The notes beneath the pieces are model-generated. The model saw only the letters and a program-made list of their open reading frames with translations, was not told the origin of the DNA and searched no databases. Position numbers and translations under genes: made by a program. A DNA stretch of 64,000 nucleotides from Promethearchaeota archaeon (lineage in GTDB: Archaea > Asgardarchaeota > Lokiarchaeia > Sigyniarchaeales > SOKP01): contig JAEOUA010000005.1 in the NCBI GenBank assembly GCA_016839555.1, positions 1 to 64,000 of the forward strand, read 5' to 3'. Every line of letters starts with the position of its first letter. Position 1 is the first letter of the stretch. This document shows positions 61,237 to 64,000 of this stretch, one piece after another.

Positions 61237-62235
61237 TTAATATACTATTTTTTTATAGATTTCATATAATTTAACCGCAATTTTATTAATATCAAATTGC
61301 TTAACAGTCTTTAAACCGTTTTCGATTATTTTATTTTTCTCTTTTGGATTTTCTAATAAATAATAGATATTTTCAATAAATTCCTTATTATTTCTGGCTT
61401 TTAAACAATTTTTACCATCACAAAACCTTTTTTTAAAAACAGGTAAATCACGAATAATAACTGGTAAACCGCAACACATTGCCTCTAAAACTGCAAGACC
61501 CTCACCCTCATAATAAGATGGAAAGCAAAAAATGTCCGCGGCAGAATAAGCTGCGCGAATATCATTAATATAACCAGGCATAATCAAATTATCTTTATTA
61601 ATAATATTATTAGGCTGGATTATTGGAAAGATTCGCTTTCCAACCCATAAGTAGATATTTTCTTTATTTTTTTTTGAAATTTTAATAAAATCCATAATTC
61701 ATTTCCGAGATGTTGGCATTCCAACAGATAATATGGTAGATTTATTAATTCCAAATCTTTTTCTAAATTCTTTTCTTTTTTTTTGAGATTTTTTAAAATT
61801 TTGAATGTCAACGCCATTAGAAATCACCCTTATTGGTTGTGTAACTTTTAATTCTTTTTTTACTAAATTTTTCGAATTTTCTGTGGGACAAATAATTAAA
61901 TTCGCAAGCTTTAAATATCTAATTATGTATTGTTTCACAATTTCATGAATTGATTTTGAAAATATAAAAGAAATATCTGTATCCATGTTAGTTTGATGAG
62001 CGGTTATGATAATTGGGATTCTTGATTTTAATGTCTTCCTCATAATTCGATAAGTGTAAAGAAAATTCCCGTGAGAATGAATCAAATCACAATCCATTTT
62101 ACTCCTATTAATTGAAACATTTACATGTTTTTTCATAACTTCTGCTTGATTTTTTGCTGCTACCCATGCTCCATTAATACCAATGCCAAAATCTTTAAAT
62201 TTAATATAGTCTGATAGAAAATTTACCTTTATCAT
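61237..62235 (-). pseudogene. GT4 (GT-B) glycosyltransferase interrupted by one in-frame TGA
   Basis: The two ORFs share a frame: VGMPTSRK-TGA(61699-61701)-IMDFI; the C-terminal half has PSYYEGEGLAVLEAM. Confidence 0.8.
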
Positions 62236-62333
62236 AACTCTTTATTTAATTCGATCTTGGAATCAAGTTTAAATAATTTAAAAAAGTATTTTAGAAAAGA
62301 AAAAGCTTAATAAAATTTTCTAAATTTTTCACT

Positions 62334-63806
62334 TTGTCTATGAAAATTTGTTTTATTAATCCCGCCCCTTTATCTTATATTATTGAGCGAGGAAATGAAA
62401 AATCTGGGGCTTATCCTCCATTAGGGATACTTTCCATAATCGCATACCTTAAACAGAACGGATATGAACACTGTTATTTATTTGATCAACACGCAACGAA
62501 AATTCAAACGAAATATTTACTAGAATTAATTAAAAGTATTAATCCTAATGTCATCGGATTTAATTCTTTAACAGATATTAGTATGGCGTTACGTTCTGTA
62601 TATATTGCCCAGAAGGTTAAAAAATGGAATCCAAATGTTAAAGTTATATTTGGAAATTATCATGCTACTTTCAATCATTACAGAATTCTTCAAAAATATC
62701 CATTTATTGATATATGTGTGAGAGGAGAAGGAGAAAAAACCTTTTTAGAAATCCTTGAAAAATTGGAAAGGAGTAAAAAATTAAATGATATAAAAGGAAT
62801 CACATATAGAGATTATAATGGTAGAATAAGAATTAATGAAGAGAGACCATTAATTAAAAATCTGGATGAGTTACCTTTTCCTGATAGAACTGCATTAAGA
62901 GATGTGAAATATTGTCAAAATTACGGGGGATTAAATGCAAGTTATGGAAAATTTACCACAATACAATCGAGCAGAGGATGTACTTTTAACTGTTCATTCT
63001 GTTCTCAAGCGAAAGTTTCCCACCAAAAGTGGAGAGCTAAATCAATTGATCGTGTTATTGAGGAATTACAATACTTAGAAGAACTAGGCTATACGAATCT
63101 TTACTGGGTTGATGATAATTTTACTAATATTCCAAAAAGAACCATAGAGTTGTGTCGAGCCATCCGTAAAAATCATCTTGATTTCGTATGGCTAAGCGAA
63201 CAACGTGTTGATCTCGTGGAGCGCAAATTAATTCAAGAAATGAGAAAAGCTGGCTGTCGGACGCTCTCTCTTGGGATTGAGAGTGCAAATCAAAGAATTT
63301 TAGATTATTTTAATAAAAGAATAACACCAGAAATGTCGAAAGACGCTGCTCGTACTGTCAAAAATGCAGGAATAGATTTTATTATGGGGGCCTTTATTAT
63401 TGGAGCTCCCACAGAGACATTAACAGAAATTAAAAGAACTCTTTCTTTTGCTTTTCAATTAGATATTGATTTTCCTCAATTTCATATCTTTGGGGCTATA
63501 CCTGGAACTGATGTGTGGAATCGATTAGTCGAAAAAGGAAAGATTGACCCTGAAAAATATTGGGAAACAGGTGTAAAAACTCTTGAAGTTCCTTTAGAAA
63601 TGGTAGAAAAAGAGACGCGTGAAGCATATGTAAAATTTTTAACCCGTTCAGGATTTATTTTGGATCAGTTTCGCCGGACTTTAACAAGTAGGCACCGCTT
63701 AAAAATTTTTCTTTCAAATTTGGATATATTTTGGAGTAGAAAAAGGGTAGAGAAATTTTTTAACTTCGCAACAACCACGTGGACCCACGGTATAACTCCG
63801 GAGTGA
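62334..63806 (+). CDS. cobalamin-binding (class B) radical SAM protein
   Basis: YPPLG, RGEGE, RGCTFNCSFC, DDNF, GIESANQRIL; paralog of 58218. Confidence 0.92.
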   Translation: MSMKICFINPAPLSYIIERGNEKSGAYPPLGILSIIAYLKQNGYEHCYLFDQHATKIQTKYLLELIKSINPNVIGFNSLTDISMALRSVYIAQKVKKWNPNVKVIFGNYHATFNHYRILQKYPFIDICVRGEGEKTFLEILEKLERSKKLNDIKGITYRDYNGRIRINEERPLIKNLDELPFPDRTALRDVKYCQNYGGLNASYGKFTTIQSSRGCTFNCSFCSQAKVSHQKWRAKSIDRVIEELQYLEELGYTNLYWVDDNFTNIPKRTIELCRAIRKNHLDFVWLSEQRVDLVERKLIQEMRKAGCRTLSLGIESANQRILDYFNKRITPEMSKDAARTVKNAGIDFIMGAFIIGAPTETLTEIKRTLSFAFQLDIDFPQFHIFGAIPGTDVWNRLVEKGKIDPEKYWETGVKTLEVPLEMVEKETREAYVKFLTRSGFILDQFRRTLTSRHRLKIFLSNLDIFWSRKRVEKFFNFATTTWTHGITPE

Positions 63807-64000
63807 TAATTATTCTGAATAAAGTTAGTTAAAATCACATATTCTCTATATGATAATAAAATTCCTACTAGTAGCATTTTTATAATTTCCAAAAAATTAA
63901 AAATTTTTAAATAAAATCAAATTGCTTTTTTCCCATCAGATTATTAAAAAAATAAAGTATTAAATATATTGAAGACTTTTTTTTAATTAATTTGGTAAAC

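Noticed and set aside
61699-61701. Selenocysteine or TGA=Gly genetic-code reassignment
   Set aside because: The position aligns to Gly rather than Cys, no SECIS-like hairpin is evident, and TGA ends other complete genes (38206, 61232, 63806)
6344-63892. Short antisense or nested ORFs in the track (e.g. 6344, 9186, 12086, 12980, 14991, 18713, 24199, 29924, 36426, 44172, 50448, 56838, 60370)
   Set aside because: They are shadows of longer motif-bearing genes and have no independent coding signal

Overview
Very AT-rich archaeal DNA, most likely an Asgard archaeon (Lokiarchaeia-like). This is inferred from archaeal RadA, tRNA-splicing endonuclease, a MEMO1-family gene, TATA boxes and GGAGG/GGTGA ribosome-binding sites, together with an actin-family gene, a cyclin/TFB-fold gene and a Cwh43-like gene. 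The window has two parts. (1) About 1-20.2 kb is an accessory, defence-island-like region. It holds a small RHH regulator, three HEPN-like proteins, a DUF3800 protein, a truncated TIR gene, a Zn-phospholipase C/P1-nuclease-fold operon with tandem palindromic operators, a C39-like peptidase, a wHTH + (ATPase-PD-(D/E)xK nuclease) two-gene unit, a degenerate AAA+-wHTH gene flanked by a covarying hairpin repeat, and several decayed ORFs. (2) About 20.3-64 kb is mostly core or metabolic: glmM / GlmU-like / nagB / glmS, creatininase, GH13, 2-hydroxyacyl-CoA dehydratase plus activator, a Cwh43-like EEP membrane protein, a minimal actin lacking subdomain 4, a DUF2804-oxidoreductase-MFS module, endA, MEMO1, PfkB, radA, an MFS gene inserted between ~200-bp duplicated flanks, an atypical phosphohexomutase, glycosyltransferases (one split by an in-frame TGA) and three B12-dependent radical SAM enzymes. 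No tRNA, rRNA, CRISPR array, integrase or transposase was recognised. All functional calls come from motif recognition by eye; no database searches were run.
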